Shown here: one piece after another, positions 19,023 to 28,566 of the stretch
Numbering within the stretch: position 1 is the stretch's first letter
Layout: each line of letters opens with the position of its first letter
Source of the DNA: Candidatus Bathyarchaeia archaeon
GTDB lineage: Archaea; Thermoproteota; Bathyarchaeia; Bathyarchaeales; Bathycorpusculaceae
Length of the DNA: 64,000 nt
Direction: 5' to 3'
Assembly: GCA_038727135.1 (NCBI GenBank)
Contig: JAVYWL010000001.1
Location: forward strand, 256,001-320,000
The notes under the pieces: model-generated
Databases searched by the model: none
What the model saw: the letters and a program-made list of their open reading frames with translations, nothing else
What the model was told of the DNA's origin: nothing
Program-made: the position numbers and the translations under genes

Positions 19023-20741
19023 TTGCCGAGCAGATTTAGGCTGGTAAGTTTGCCCAAAAAATTCGTGGAGAAGCTTGATAGGCTTTCCTCAAAGCCAACT
19101 GTCAAATATGGAGTTTATTTAGTCGCGGTAATACTCTTTTTCGCCCTAATTTTGATTCCGCCAATTTTAGGTATAGTAATCAAGTGGGGCTCGATGCAGG
19201 AAATTTTTGGCGACAGCCAACTTATGAATCGGGCATTAGACGCTGTGAAAAATTCCTTTGTCATGGCTGTTTTGGTTTCGATTTTGGATGTGGCTGCTGG
19301 CATTCCGATGGCTTGGCTCATAGCCCGAAGTAAATCCAAATGGATAAACGTTCTCGACACGCTCGCAGACGTCCCATTTATTGTGCCAACAGCAGTCCTC
19401 GGCTATTCGCTTCTTTTGTTCTGGTACAAGCCAGAAGGAATTTCAGCACTTTTTGGCGGCTCTCTCGTTTCGCCAGGCTGGCTTCTTGTTGCATTACTAC
19501 ATTTCACATTCTCGTATCCAGTCGTTGTGAGGGTGATTGTCGGCGCTTTGCTGGACTACAAGATTGAATATGAACAAGCATCGAGAACTCTAGGAGCGCC
19601 GCCCTTCACAACAGCCAGAACCGTAACCTTCGGAATTATAAAGCCCTCTTTGATCGCGGCTTTTATTTTAGCTTTTGCAAGGTCCATTTCAGAAACAGGA
19701 GCCACCATGATGGTTGCTGGAGTTTTTTCCAAGGATGGATATGCGGAAGCCCTTTTTGAAAACGGCCCCATATTCATTCAAAATATAAAAGATGACTTCT
19801 CAAAGGGTTTAAGAAGCCAAAGCACATATGAAGGAGCAACGGTTTTTGCAAGCTTTTTACTTATAGTTGTTTCATGCCTAATTTTTGCAGCAGTGCGCAT
19901 TCTCGGAGGGAAACTGAAATTACCTATTAAAAGGGCATGGCCCACTTTGGAGAGAAGGATAAGTTATTCCTCGGCGGCATCCACTAGAGATGGCATCACG
20001 CTTTTAATATTCTTTGCAGTTGTCCTAATTCCGTCGCTTTTCGCGGCGCTTCCAGCTTTTGAAGCTCTTCCAACGGATGTTCTGCCTAAGGCTTTGTCGG
20101 GTGCCTTTCCTTGGGGGGAGTATTGGCAGAGTCTCGTCCTTTCATATTCACTTGGGGCAGCCGTCACTGTTTTAAATATTCTTATAGGTTTGCCCATGGC
20201 AATAATTGTCGCGAGAAAACGTCTTGGAAAAACCTCATCAGCCTTAAACGTGCTTGTTGATATTCCAATAATTGTGCCCTCGGTGGCTTTAGGCGTTTCT
20301 CTCCGATTTTTCTGGAAAGAAACCTTGGCATTCATACCAGACATCTTGCTTCTAGTTTTTGCACATTTAGCCATCACATACCCGTATTTTGTGAGGTCCA
20401 TGTCGGCGGCTGTGGAGCGGATAAGCATAGAACTTGAAGAAGCGTCAAGAACTTTAGGGGCTAAGCCCTTCTGCGTTTTTAGAACGATAATATTCCCGTT
20501 GACCAAATACTCTATGTTTTCTGGCGCCATAATGGTTTTTACAAGAAGCGTAAGCGAAACAGGTGCTACGCTGGCTGTCACCCAGCTTAAAACTGCTCCG
20601 GTGGTTCTCGTTAACTGGGTTAAGGGAAAAGTCGCTGTCACGCCTTTAGAGATTGGTTTGGGTTGCGGTTTCTTAATATTAATCTCCTTCATAATCCTAT
20701 TAGCCTTAAGGCTCATCGTTAGGGGTAAGGGAAGGTACTAG
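19023..20741 (+). CDS. ABC transporter permease with two fused ModB/CysT/FbpB-type modules
   Basis: Two EAA loops (EQASRTLGA, EEASRTLGA) and two RSxSETGAT motifs. Confidence 0.9.
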   Translation: MPSRFRLVSLPKKFVEKLDRLSSKPTVKYGVYLVAVILFFALILIPPILGIVIKWGSMQEIFGDSQLMNRALDAVKNSFVMAVLVSILDVAAGIPMAWLIARSKSKWINVLDTLADVPFIVPTAVLGYSLLLFWYKPEGISALFGGSLVSPGWLLVALLHFTFSYPVVVRVIVGALLDYKIEYEQASRTLGAPPFTTARTVTFGIIKPSLIAAFILAFARSISETGATMMVAGVFSKDGYAEALFENGPIFIQNIKDDFSKGLRSQSTYEGATVFASFLLIVVSCLIFAAVRILGGKLKLPIKRAWPTLERRISYSSAASTRDGITLLIFFAVVLIPSLFAALPAFEALPTDVLPKALSGAFPWGEYWQSLVLSYSLGAAVTVLNILIGLPMAIIVARKRLGKTSSALNVLVDIPIIVPSVALGVSLRFFWKETLAFIPDILLLVFAHLAITYPYFVRSMSAAVERISIELEEASRTLGAKPFCVFRTIIFPLTKYSMFSGAIMVFTRSVSETGATLAVTQLKTAPVVLVNWVKGKVAVTPLEIGLGCGFLILISFIILLALRLIVRGKGRY

Positions 20742-20743
20742 GC

Positions 20744-21847
20744 ATGCCAGACGTGCGCTTGGTTAATGTCACGAAAAAGTTTGGAAAAATTGTGGCTGTC
20801 GACAAAGTCAGCCTCCACATAAAGGATAAGGAGTATTTCTCAATTCTTGGACCGAGCGGTTGTGGAAAAACCACTTTACTTAGGCTTATTGCTGGATTGA
20901 TAGAGCCTGATGAAGGCGAAATATATATTGGCGATAGGCTTGTGAATGATGTCCCGCCTGAAGACCGTGACGTGGGCTTTGTCTTTCAGACTTTTGCGCT
21001 GTTTCCCCACATGAACGCTTGGGAAAACGTCACTTATGGTCCAAGGGTTAAGGGTTTTGACATGCAGAAAGCCGAAAGGATAGGGCATGAAGTTTTGGAG
21101 ATGGTTAGGCTTCACGAGCGATTGGACGCTTTTCCAAGCGAGTTAAGCGGCGGAATGATGCAGAGGGTAGCCGTTGCAAGAGCGCTTGCTGCTGGTGCAA
21201 AACTGCTACTTTTAGACGAGCCTTTAGGGCATTTGGACGCTAAAGTTAGAAATGAGCTTAGATATGAGATTAGACGCATGGCTAAGGATTTGGAGTTAAC
21301 CGCCATACATGTAACCCATGACCAGTCGGAGGCTATGGCAATATCAGACAGAATAGCCGTTATGAAGAAGGGAAAGGTCCTACAAGTGGGAACGCCTCAA
21401 GAGCTCTACATGAACCCCCAGAGCATTTTCGTGGCAAATTTCATCGGAGGCTCAAACTTTTTGGAAGGCTTCATAGCTGAAACAAGGGGGCGGATGGCTG
21501 TCATTGAGCTTCGAGGAGGCATAAAGGTTCAAGCGGTCAACAAAGGCATGAATAAGGGCGAAAGGGTGGTTTTAGCCGTCAGACCAGAAACTTTTACCAT
21601 TAAGCGGGGGAAGGGCGCGGATGAAAATTCCATGTTTGGCGTTGTTGAAAGGTTTGCCTTTGAGGGAACAAATGTAAGGTATGAGGTTAGGCTTGAAAAT
21701 CAGGATTTAGTGGTTGTCGTTGCCCCTTCTATGGCTTGTGAATGGTTTAATATAGGGGAGAAGGTTACCTTAAGTTTCCAACCGGAAAGCGCCCACTTGT
21801 TCGCTTATCCGGAGTTAGGCTTAAGGGAGGAGTTGGCTGTTGAGTGA
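20744..21847 (+). CDS. ABC transporter ATP-binding protein (PotA/FbpC/CysA-like) with TOBE domain
   Basis: GPSGCGKT, LSGG, LLDEP, VTHDQSEAM. Confidence 0.93.
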   Translation: MPDVRLVNVTKKFGKIVAVDKVSLHIKDKEYFSILGPSGCGKTTLLRLIAGLIEPDEGEIYIGDRLVNDVPPEDRDVGFVFQTFALFPHMNAWENVTYGPRVKGFDMQKAERIGHEVLEMVRLHERLDAFPSELSGGMMQRVAVARALAAGAKLLLLDEPLGHLDAKVRNELRYEIRRMAKDLELTAIHVTHDQSEAMAISDRIAVMKKGKVLQVGTPQELYMNPQSIFVANFIGGSNFLEGFIAETRGRMAVIELRGGIKVQAVNKGMNKGERVVLAVRPETFTIKRGKGADENSMFGVVERFAFEGTNVRYEVRLENQDLVVVVAPSMACEWFNIGEKVTLSFQPESAHLFAYPELGLREELAVE

Positions 21848-22499
21848 ACTAATAAAATGGTTTGAAAAGCGCAGGGAGACAAAAGCCCTAACAATGATAC
21901 AGCAACACCTCGCCATAACAACAAGCATAGTTGAGGACTTGGAAAAAGCCGTTAAGGCGGCAGTGGACGGCGACCCAAAAACCCTAAGAAACTGTGTAGA
22001 GAGAATTGCCAGCGGCGAAAGAGAGGCGGACAGCCTACGCAGAAAAGTTATGGATGAAGTGTCGAAAGGTGAGTTACCGCCAACAGCCAGAGAAGACATA
22101 ATGCACCTTATCAAGAGGGTGGACATGGTCGCAGACTGGAGCAGAGAATCAACAAGGGTTTTAATGGCCACGCCCATGGAGCATGTGCCAGCCTCTATCA
22201 AAAAAGAGTTTGTGGAGATGGCTAAAGGCGTGAGGGAATGTGCCATAATGCTCCAAAGGTGCATAAACAAGATAATAACAAAGCCGGAAGAAGCCCTTCA
22301 AGCGGCAGACGCCGTGGAAAGGGAGGAGGAGAAAGTTGACGACTTACACGAGACAGCAAGAACTTTATTAGGAAAAGAGAACCTCCAAAAGGCTGGAGTC
22401 GCCGTTTTAGTTGGTCAACTTTTTGAAGCCTTAGAAATGATTGCAGACGCATGCGAGGATGCTTGCGACCAAGTTAGAGTTATAATGGTTAGAAAGTAA
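21840..22499 (+). CDS. DUF47 / PhoU-like phosphate transport regulator
   Basis: EREAD...REDI...D and EEKVDDL...EMIADACEDACD acidic helical motifs. Confidence 0.88.
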   Translation: MSELIKWFEKRRETKALTMIQQHLAITTSIVEDLEKAVKAAVDGDPKTLRNCVERIASGEREADSLRRKVMDEVSKGELPPTAREDIMHLIKRVDMVADWSRESTRVLMATPMEHVPASIKKEFVEMAKGVRECAIMLQRCINKIITKPEEALQAADAVEREEEKVDDLHETARTLLGKENLQKAGVAVLVGQLFEALEMIADACEDACDQVRVIMVRK

Positions 22500-22523
22500 A
22501 TCCAGAATGGAGGCGGAGATGAG

Positions 22524-22802
22524 ATGGTTGAGATAAAAATTGATGTGTCTGAGCTTAAGGCTGAGGGCGGAGATATCGTAAAAGAGCTGGCAGAATTCTT
22601 GAAGGAAAAGACAAGCGCTGAGGTTAAAACTCTAACAAACGATATTATAGTGAAGAGCGAAGAGAAAAGCCTTTCAAGACAGTATGTGAGGGTGCTTCTG
22701 AAAAAGTTTCTATACAAAAGTGAGCTTAAGGACTATTATAGAGTTATAAGCGGAGAAGAAGGAGCCTTAAAGGTTAAGGGGCGAAAGTTGCCAGAAGAGT
22801 AG
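22524..22802 (+). CDS. rpl22e: Ribosomal protein eL22-like
   Basis: IDVS...LAEFLKEK and LSRQYVRVLLKKFLYKSELKDYYRVI resemble the eukaryotic eL22 core. Confidence 0.8.
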   Translation: MVEIKIDVSELKAEGGDIVKELAEFLKEKTSAEVKTLTNDIIVKSEEKSLSRQYVRVLLKKFLYKSELKDYYRVISGEEGALKVKGRKLPEE

Positions 22803-22803
22803 C

Positions 22804-23199
22804 CTATTTATTTTTCGAGCTTTCACGCTTTTTCTTGGCTAGATTCTCCTCAACGGCGAAAACACAGTGTCTTGCCACATAAACGCCCTTATAAGCGTCT
22901 AAAAGCTTGCCGCTCGTCAAAAACTTTCTGGCATTGTCCAGTAAACCGTAAATCTCAGCTAAAATGCCATCAATGTTATCCCTTTTTAAGTCGGGGTTGG
23001 GCTTCCACTTTGACTTGTCAACATTCTCTTCTTGGAAAATTAGGGAGAATAGGAAAAGGGCGTATTCTAGCTCTGCGGCAACATGCCAAAAATGTTTTGT
23101 AAAGGAGTTTTCGTCTCCGCTGCTCAGCGCGGAGGTCGATTTTCCCAAGTGGCTGGTTGCGGATTCCAAAGCCTTCAATATTTTGTCATTTGTCGCCAT
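22804..23199 (-). CDS. Hypothetical helical protein
   Basis: 131-aa ATG ORF filling the gap between neighbours. Confidence 0.7.
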   Translation of the reverse strand: MATNDKILKALESATSHLGKSTSALSSGDENSFTKHFWHVAAELEYALFLFSLIFQEENVDKSKWKPNPDLKRDNIDGILAEIYGLLDNARKFLTSGKLLDAYKGVYVARHCVFAVEENLAKKKRESSKNK

Positions 23200-23262
23200 T
23201 GGATTTCAACCCGCTTTCTGCACAATATATTATGAAGCTTTTTATCTGTTTCGTAAAAGCTT

Positions 23263-24165
23263 TCAGCCCTTCCCTCTAGAAACGAAGACTATCCCAGCCA
23301 AAATTAATGCTGTTCCCACCGCAAAAATCGGGATAGGCCACTCACCAAATAGAACTATGCCTAAGGCTGTTGCTCCTAATGGTTCCAGCAAAGCCATGGT
23401 TGCAGTTTCAAAAGATTTTAGATTCGAGAGAGAAGAAAAGGCTAAAGTGCGGGCTACCGCCGTTGGCAAGACACCCAACCCAATCAGTGGAAGGAGACTC
23501 TCCATCGTTGTTGGCAACTCTAAGGTTTCGTTTTTGACAGCCAATCCTAATATGCCTACGATTATCGCTGTTAGAAAATAGATGGGGAGCATTATGGAAA
23601 TTATATCCATGCTTCCCCTTATTTTTCTTCCATAAGTAAGGAAGCAGGCTTCAAGTATGGCAGCTAATGTGGCTTCTAAATCCCCCTTTAGTCTTGGAGA
23701 GAAGTTATCCAGCGAAGCACCAGCCATTTGGGCTTCAGCGGAGGCAATAATGCATACACCAATAAAAGATAAGGCTATGCCAAAAACAGCGAGGCTTAAA
23801 GGTTTAGTTTTATAGAATAGGCTTGAGAAAATCAGGGAAAAAATTGGGGTTGTGTTAACCAAAACAGTTGCGTTTAAAATCGTTGTATCCTTAACAGCGG
23901 ATATGAAAAATATGAAGTGTAAACCTAGAAAAATGCTGAGAACGAAAAGATTTCCCAAATTTTTCCTAACAAGGCTAAAGCTGAAAGCTTTTCTAAGCAT
24001 AAAGAGCCCTATAGCCAGCACGATGCAAGCGATGACTAGTCGCCAGAAGGCTATGGAAAAGGCATCAAAATTTTGGAGGTACCTTATGAAGATAGCTGAA
24101 GTTCCAAAGAGGATGCCAGCAGTTATGCCTTCTATAAGGGCTAATTTTCTTGTTTTAACATGCAT
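23263..24165 (-). CDS. DMT/EamA family transporter
   Basis: About 10 TM helices, two EamA repeats (NTTPIF, LLEPLGA...LFGE). Confidence 0.9.
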   Translation of the reverse strand: MHVKTRKLALIEGITAGILFGTSAIFIRYLQNFDAFSIAFWRLVIACIVLAIGLFMLRKAFSFSLVRKNLGNLFVLSIFLGLHFIFFISAVKDTTILNATVLVNTTPIFSLIFSSLFYKTKPLSLAVFGIALSFIGVCIIASAEAQMAGASLDNFSPRLKGDLEATLAAILEACFLTYGRKIRGSMDIISIMLPIYFLTAIIVGILGLAVKNETLELPTTMESLLPLIGLGVLPTAVARTLAFSSLSNLKSFETATMALLEPLGATALGIVLFGEWPIPIFAVGTALILAGIVFVSRGKG

Positions 24166-24257
24166 AACGTATGCTCTTCTCCAAATCACATTTATACATT
24201 TTCAATTCTAAAAGTGAAAATTATTGAGCGTTATCACAGCCGAAAGAAGGTGCGACA

Positions 24258-25151
24258 ATGAAGCTTGTCCGCTACTTGGACGGAGAAATGGAAAGCTACG
24301 GTGTTTTATCCGGCAATGAGAAAAGGGTGGTCTGCTTGCCAAGCCTCGCCAGAACCATGCACAGACGGCTTCCAAGCAGGATAGAAACCTTCGTGGCAAG
24401 CGGAGAAAGAGCCATTAAAACTGCAGAAAGGCTTCTTGAGGAAGCCCCAGAATATGTCATTGAGAAAAACTCTGTGCCAGTTAATGGGATAAGACTTCTG
24501 GCGCCGATAGCCCACTCGCCAAAAATTATCTGCTTAGGACTGAATTATAGGGACCATGCTGCGGAGCAAAACGCACAGATACCAGACGAACCCATAATCT
24601 TTCTGAAGCCCCACACAACCATAATTGGACCAAACGAGAATATTGTTAAGCCAAGGTTTGTTAAGGAACTCGACTATGAGGCGGAGCTAGCCATTGTGAT
24701 AGGGCGGAAAGGTAAAAATGTGCCAGTTTCAGAGGCGAAGAAACACATTTTCGGATATACAATTTTAAATGATGTTTCGGCACGGGACATCCAGTTTAAA
24801 GATAGACAGTGGACCAGGGGCAAAAGCCTCGACACCTTTGCACCTACTGGACCATGCATAACAACGGAAAACCAGCTGCCGGACACGTCTAATCTTCGCA
24901 TTAGAACATGGGTGGACGGGGAACTTCGCCAAGATTCAACAACTAAAAACATGGTTTTCAATGTTTATGAGATAGTCCATCACCTAAGCAAAGTCATGAC
25001 GTTAGAGCCATGCGACATAATCGCCACAGGGACGCCAGCTGGCGTCGGCTTCGCCATGAAGCCAGAACCAAAATTTCTGAAGCCCGGAAGCACCGTGAGA
25101 ATAGAGATTGAAGGAATAGGCGTTTTAGAGAACAGAGTTATTGAGGAGTAG
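24258..25151 (+). CDS. Fumarylacetoacetate hydrolase family protein
   Basis: KIICLGLNYRDH, DYEAEL, NDVSARD, GKSLDTF, TGTPAGVG. Confidence 0.95.
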   Translation: MKLVRYLDGEMESYGVLSGNEKRVVCLPSLARTMHRRLPSRIETFVASGERAIKTAERLLEEAPEYVIEKNSVPVNGIRLLAPIAHSPKIICLGLNYRDHAAEQNAQIPDEPIIFLKPHTTIIGPNENIVKPRFVKELDYEAELAIVIGRKGKNVPVSEAKKHIFGYTILNDVSARDIQFKDRQWTRGKSLDTFAPTGPCITTENQLPDTSNLRIRTWVDGELRQDSTTKNMVFNVYEIVHHLSKVMTLEPCDIIATGTPAGVGFAMKPEPKFLKPGSTVRIEIEGIGVLENRVIEE

Positions 25152-25158
25152 TTCCAAG

Positions 25159-27246
25159 TTATTTTTCGACTGATATTTTGCTTTCTCCAGCCTCTTTCTC
25201 CACCCTTATAACATGTTCGGCTTTTTCAGCGAAAGCCTCACTATGGGTCACCGCGATTATCTGTTCTACAGCTTTAAACCTTGAAATGGCTTCTGCCAAG
25301 CGGTCTATTGAGCCATCCTCCCTTCCAAGGCTTTCTGTCGGCTCGTCAAGCAGTAGGAGGCTTAAGCCGTGACCAGTCCGCGACTGCATTATTAGCTGAC
25401 CAAGCCCGAGGCGATATGCAAAAGCTATTAAGGTTCGCTCCCCACCAGAAAGGTTTGAAACCTCCCTTTCGACGCCTGTCTCGCTTATTACATACGGCGT
25501 ATAAGTCTCATCTATTGTGATGTTTATTGGTGCGCCTTCCTCGCCCACTAGGCTGTCTAGGATTTGCTGAACAAAATTCTTCAGGACTTTTACAAATTCG
25601 CTCCGCAATTTTGGTTGGATGCTCCTGTAGGCGTCGCGGATACCGCCAATGATGCCCAAAATCTTGTCAAGTTTCTCCATCTCCTCAATCTTTTTCTGGG
25701 CTTGGTCTATGCGCTCCTTAATTTCGTCTAGGCGGCGCATCATGTCCTCTTTCCGGTTTTCCTTGGTCCGCAGTTCGGATTCAAGCATATAATATTGCCG
25801 GAAGGCTTGTTCTCTTAGCTTTCTGGCGGTTTCAAGCTGGAAAACGTCAAATCTGCCTATTTCTGCGCGTATGCCTTCCAGCTGGTTTCTCAGCGTATTC
25901 TCCATTTTCTGCTTCTCTTCAAACTCTTTTGAAAGTTCGGCTAAAGCCTTAGACTCCTCGTTTAGGCGGGCTCTCAAGTCTTCGATTCTGGGTAGAAGAG
26001 CCTGGAGGTTAGAGATGGCAGAATTGGCTTTCTCCCTTATCTGCTGAAGTTCCTCAATGTCTTTTTGAAGCTGGTTTATGGTTTTTTGCCGTTCCACGTT
26101 TTCTTTTTGTATACGCTCCATTAGGCTGGTCTTATAATTGGCGTTTAATGGCTGGAGGCAGAGGGGGCAGCGGTTTTCCGTTGGAAGGGATGCAAGCCTC
26201 CGCTGGTCTGCATGGAGATTTCGAAGAATAGCCTCTTGTTCAGCTTTTAGGCTCGCAATTTGCTCGTCAAAGGCTGAAAGATGCTGCCTCAAAGTTTCAA
26301 GGGGCTGGTCTGTTGGAACCCCAATTTCTTTGAGTGTTTCTTTGTAGGCGTTTGCTTGTGATTCCATAGTGTTGAGGCGCTGTTTCAGATTGTCAATTAT
26401 TGCTTTTTTTCCTTCAACTTTTTCAGCAAGTGATGCCAAAGAATCTTCAAGGCTTGTTAGGCTGGCTTGTATTTGGGCTTCCTTGCGTTTGAGGCTTTCT
26501 ACGGATGTTTTAAGCTCCTCCAGTTTTTTGAGTTTGAGGTCTGCCTCCTCCAAAGCTTTTTTGGCTTCGTTGAGCTTTCTTGTGGTTTCTTGGAGGTCGA
26601 TCTCTAATAGGGCGAATTCTCTGGCTAGGCTGTTGTACTCCTCATTCAGCTTTTTAATTCCAGCGACGTCTGGGTCTCTTTCGTATACTCTTTTTTCACC
26701 TTCGTATTCCTTTTGGTAGCCAGCTAGGTTGCTCCATGCTGTTTCGTATTCCGACAAGCCAAAAAGTTCGTCTAGGCGTTTTTGCCGCTCTCTGGGCGGG
26801 GCGTCTAAAAGTTCTTTAAGGTGTTCTTGGCGGACCCAAACAATTTCGCGGAAAAGCTCCTTCTCCAAGCCGGTGATAGCCTTCAACTGTTCTGCGACAG
26901 CGTCGCTTTTCACGCTTGCGATTATGGTTTCGCCTTCAAAAAGTTTAAGCTCGTCAAAGTCTTGGCTTATGCCCTTCCCACGCCTCTTCAAGCCCCTCGA
27001 TATTTTATAGCTTTTGCCGTTGTGGGTGAACTGGACAACAACTCTTCCGGTTTCGGCGCCATCCCGCAGAAGGTAGTCGTAGCTCCTTCCTAAAGGGTCT
27101 CCGAAGAGGGCGAAGTCTATGGCGTAAAGTATGCTGGATTTACCACAGCCCAAGCCGCCAACAAGGCAATTGAAGCCTCTGGCAAATGGAACTGTAGACT
27201 TCACGTGGGAGCGGATGTTTTCCAATTGGACAACTTCGATTTTCAT
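25159..27246 (-). CDS. rad50: Rad50 ATPase
   Basis: Walker A GGLGCGKS, coiled coil, CPLC zinc hook, LSGGE, LLDEPT, VTH; directly downstream of mre11. Confidence 0.92.
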   Translation of the reverse strand: MKIEVVQLENIRSHVKSTVPFARGFNCLVGGLGCGKSSILYAIDFALFGDPLGRSYDYLLRDGAETGRVVVQFTHNGKSYKISRGLKRRGKGISQDFDELKLFEGETIIASVKSDAVAEQLKAITGLEKELFREIVWVRQEHLKELLDAPPRERQKRLDELFGLSEYETAWSNLAGYQKEYEGEKRVYERDPDVAGIKKLNEEYNSLAREFALLEIDLQETTRKLNEAKKALEEADLKLKKLEELKTSVESLKRKEAQIQASLTSLEDSLASLAEKVEGKKAIIDNLKQRLNTMESQANAYKETLKEIGVPTDQPLETLRQHLSAFDEQIASLKAEQEAILRNLHADQRRLASLPTENRCPLCLQPLNANYKTSLMERIQKENVERQKTINQLQKDIEELQQIREKANSAISNLQALLPRIEDLRARLNEESKALAELSKEFEEKQKMENTLRNQLEGIRAEIGRFDVFQLETARKLREQAFRQYYMLESELRTKENRKEDMMRRLDEIKERIDQAQKKIEEMEKLDKILGIIGGIRDAYRSIQPKLRSEFVKVLKNFVQQILDSLVGEEGAPINITIDETYTPYVISETGVEREVSNLSGGERTLIAFAYRLGLGQLIMQSRTGHGLSLLLLDEPTESLGREDGSIDRLAEAISRFKAVEQIIAVTHSEAFAEKAEHVIRVEKEAGESKISVEK

Positions 27247-28448
27247 TAGATAAGCTCCTCCAAAATCTGCTTAACCTTCTCGTCCTGCTTTTTGGAAAGC
27301 GGCTCAATCAAGTTAACAGCAGCCTTGGCAATTTTTTCGGCTTCTTCCCGACTGTAGCGTTCAGAGAAAATTTGCAAGAAATATTCGAAGCTTTTCGTTT
27401 TCAAATCCTTAATTTCGCTTTCGAATATGGAGCGAACAACGGTCTCTGGAACCTCGCTTTCCCGCAGCAAAACCACTGGATGGACAAGTAAAGCTTTCTC
27501 GGCGGCGCCCCGGATTTGGGCGACGTCAACTTCTGCACGGCTAGCCTCAACTGGCAAGACACCACGCAAAACTGGAATAAGCACAGCGCCCTCCACATCA
27601 GCGCCCTTCACAAGTTGGACAGCAAGTTCGGTGATTTTCGATGCTGTAACGCCAGTAAAATCTTGCTCTAAAACAACAAACTTGCGGGGAGACTCCAATT
27701 TTATGAACTGTGGGTTAGCCTCCCCCTTCTCGTTCACTTCCACGTAGTAAAAGCCCTTCTCGTTCCCAGCCTCGTCATAATTTATTGTCTCAGTGCTTCC
27801 GGGATAAACCAACAATCCAGTTTTGAGCTTTCCCATGTAAGGTTTGTGAATGTGCCCACCTGCATAATAATTGAAGCCTTCGGGTATAAGCTCAACGGGA
27901 GCTTCAGCCTCTATATAGGGTGGGTTAACCTCTGGAAGGTCAAGTGCCATGTGGAAAACGAAAATGTTGAAAAGCGAAGGGTCTGGCGTTGGCTTGTTCT
28001 GCTCCATAAAAGCTGGAAGCATCTCTTCGGTTTTATGCCTAGTCCGATAGTTGGGCACTCCGTAAACGTAGCAGCATTCAGGTTTCCGCCAACAAGCCCC
28101 CTCATGCCGTGGCAGATAATAGATAAGCCCAGCACTGTCCAACGGGTTAAGGATTGTGCTTGTGACAACGTTTGGCGACGAGTCATGGGAACCGTCAACA
28201 ACCAGCACTGGAATGCCAGCCCCCCGCAGCCTGCTAAAGTTTTTTATGGCGTTCTCCAATGTGACGTTGGATGGCCTGGCATTGTGAAAAAGGTCTCCGG
28301 CAATTATGAGAAATGCGGGTTTTAGCTCAAGGGTTTTGTCAACGAGCTCCTTAAACGCCTTATCAAAATCCTCGCGTCTCACCTCTAACCCATACTGCGA
28401 ATAGCCCAGATGCAAGTCTGCCGCATGAACGAAACTGAAAGCCTTCAC
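27246..28448 (-). CDS. mre11: Mre11 nuclease
   Basis: ADLHLG, AGDLFH, GSHD, FH, GGHIH, YPGS phosphoesterase motifs. Confidence 0.92.
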   Translation of the reverse strand: MKAFSFVHAADLHLGYSQYGLEVRREDFDKAFKELVDKTLELKPAFLIIAGDLFHNARPSNVTLENAIKNFSRLRGAGIPVLVVDGSHDSSPNVVTSTILNPLDSAGLIYYLPRHEGACWRKPECCYVYGVPNYRTRHKTEEMLPAFMEQNKPTPDPSLFNIFVFHMALDLPEVNPPYIEAEAPVELIPEGFNYYAGGHIHKPYMGKLKTGLLVYPGSTETINYDEAGNEKGFYYVEVNEKGEANPQFIKLESPRKFVVLEQDFTGVTASKITELAVQLVKGADVEGAVLIPVLRGVLPVEASRAEVDVAQIRGAAEKALLVHPVVLLRESEVPETVVRSIFESEIKDLKTKSFEYFLQIFSERYSREEAEKIAKAAVNLIEPLSKKQDEKVKQILEELI

Positions 28449-28566
28449 GCTTTCTCCACCCTTCCAAATTAACTGGACGCCTACTCCTATTAACGTTTAA
28501 CCCATCACCAGTAGAAACATATAAAGAGTAAAAAGGCCATTTTAAGCGGTTAAAGGCGCCACAAAA

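Noticed and set aside
19964-20716. 250-aa minus-strand ORF, and similar antisense ORFs throughout the track
   Set aside because: Fully overlap well-supported genes on the opposite strand and show no motifs
22964-23581. 205-aa plus-strand ORF
   Set aside because: Antisense to the EamA transporter and the 22804 gene; shadow ORF
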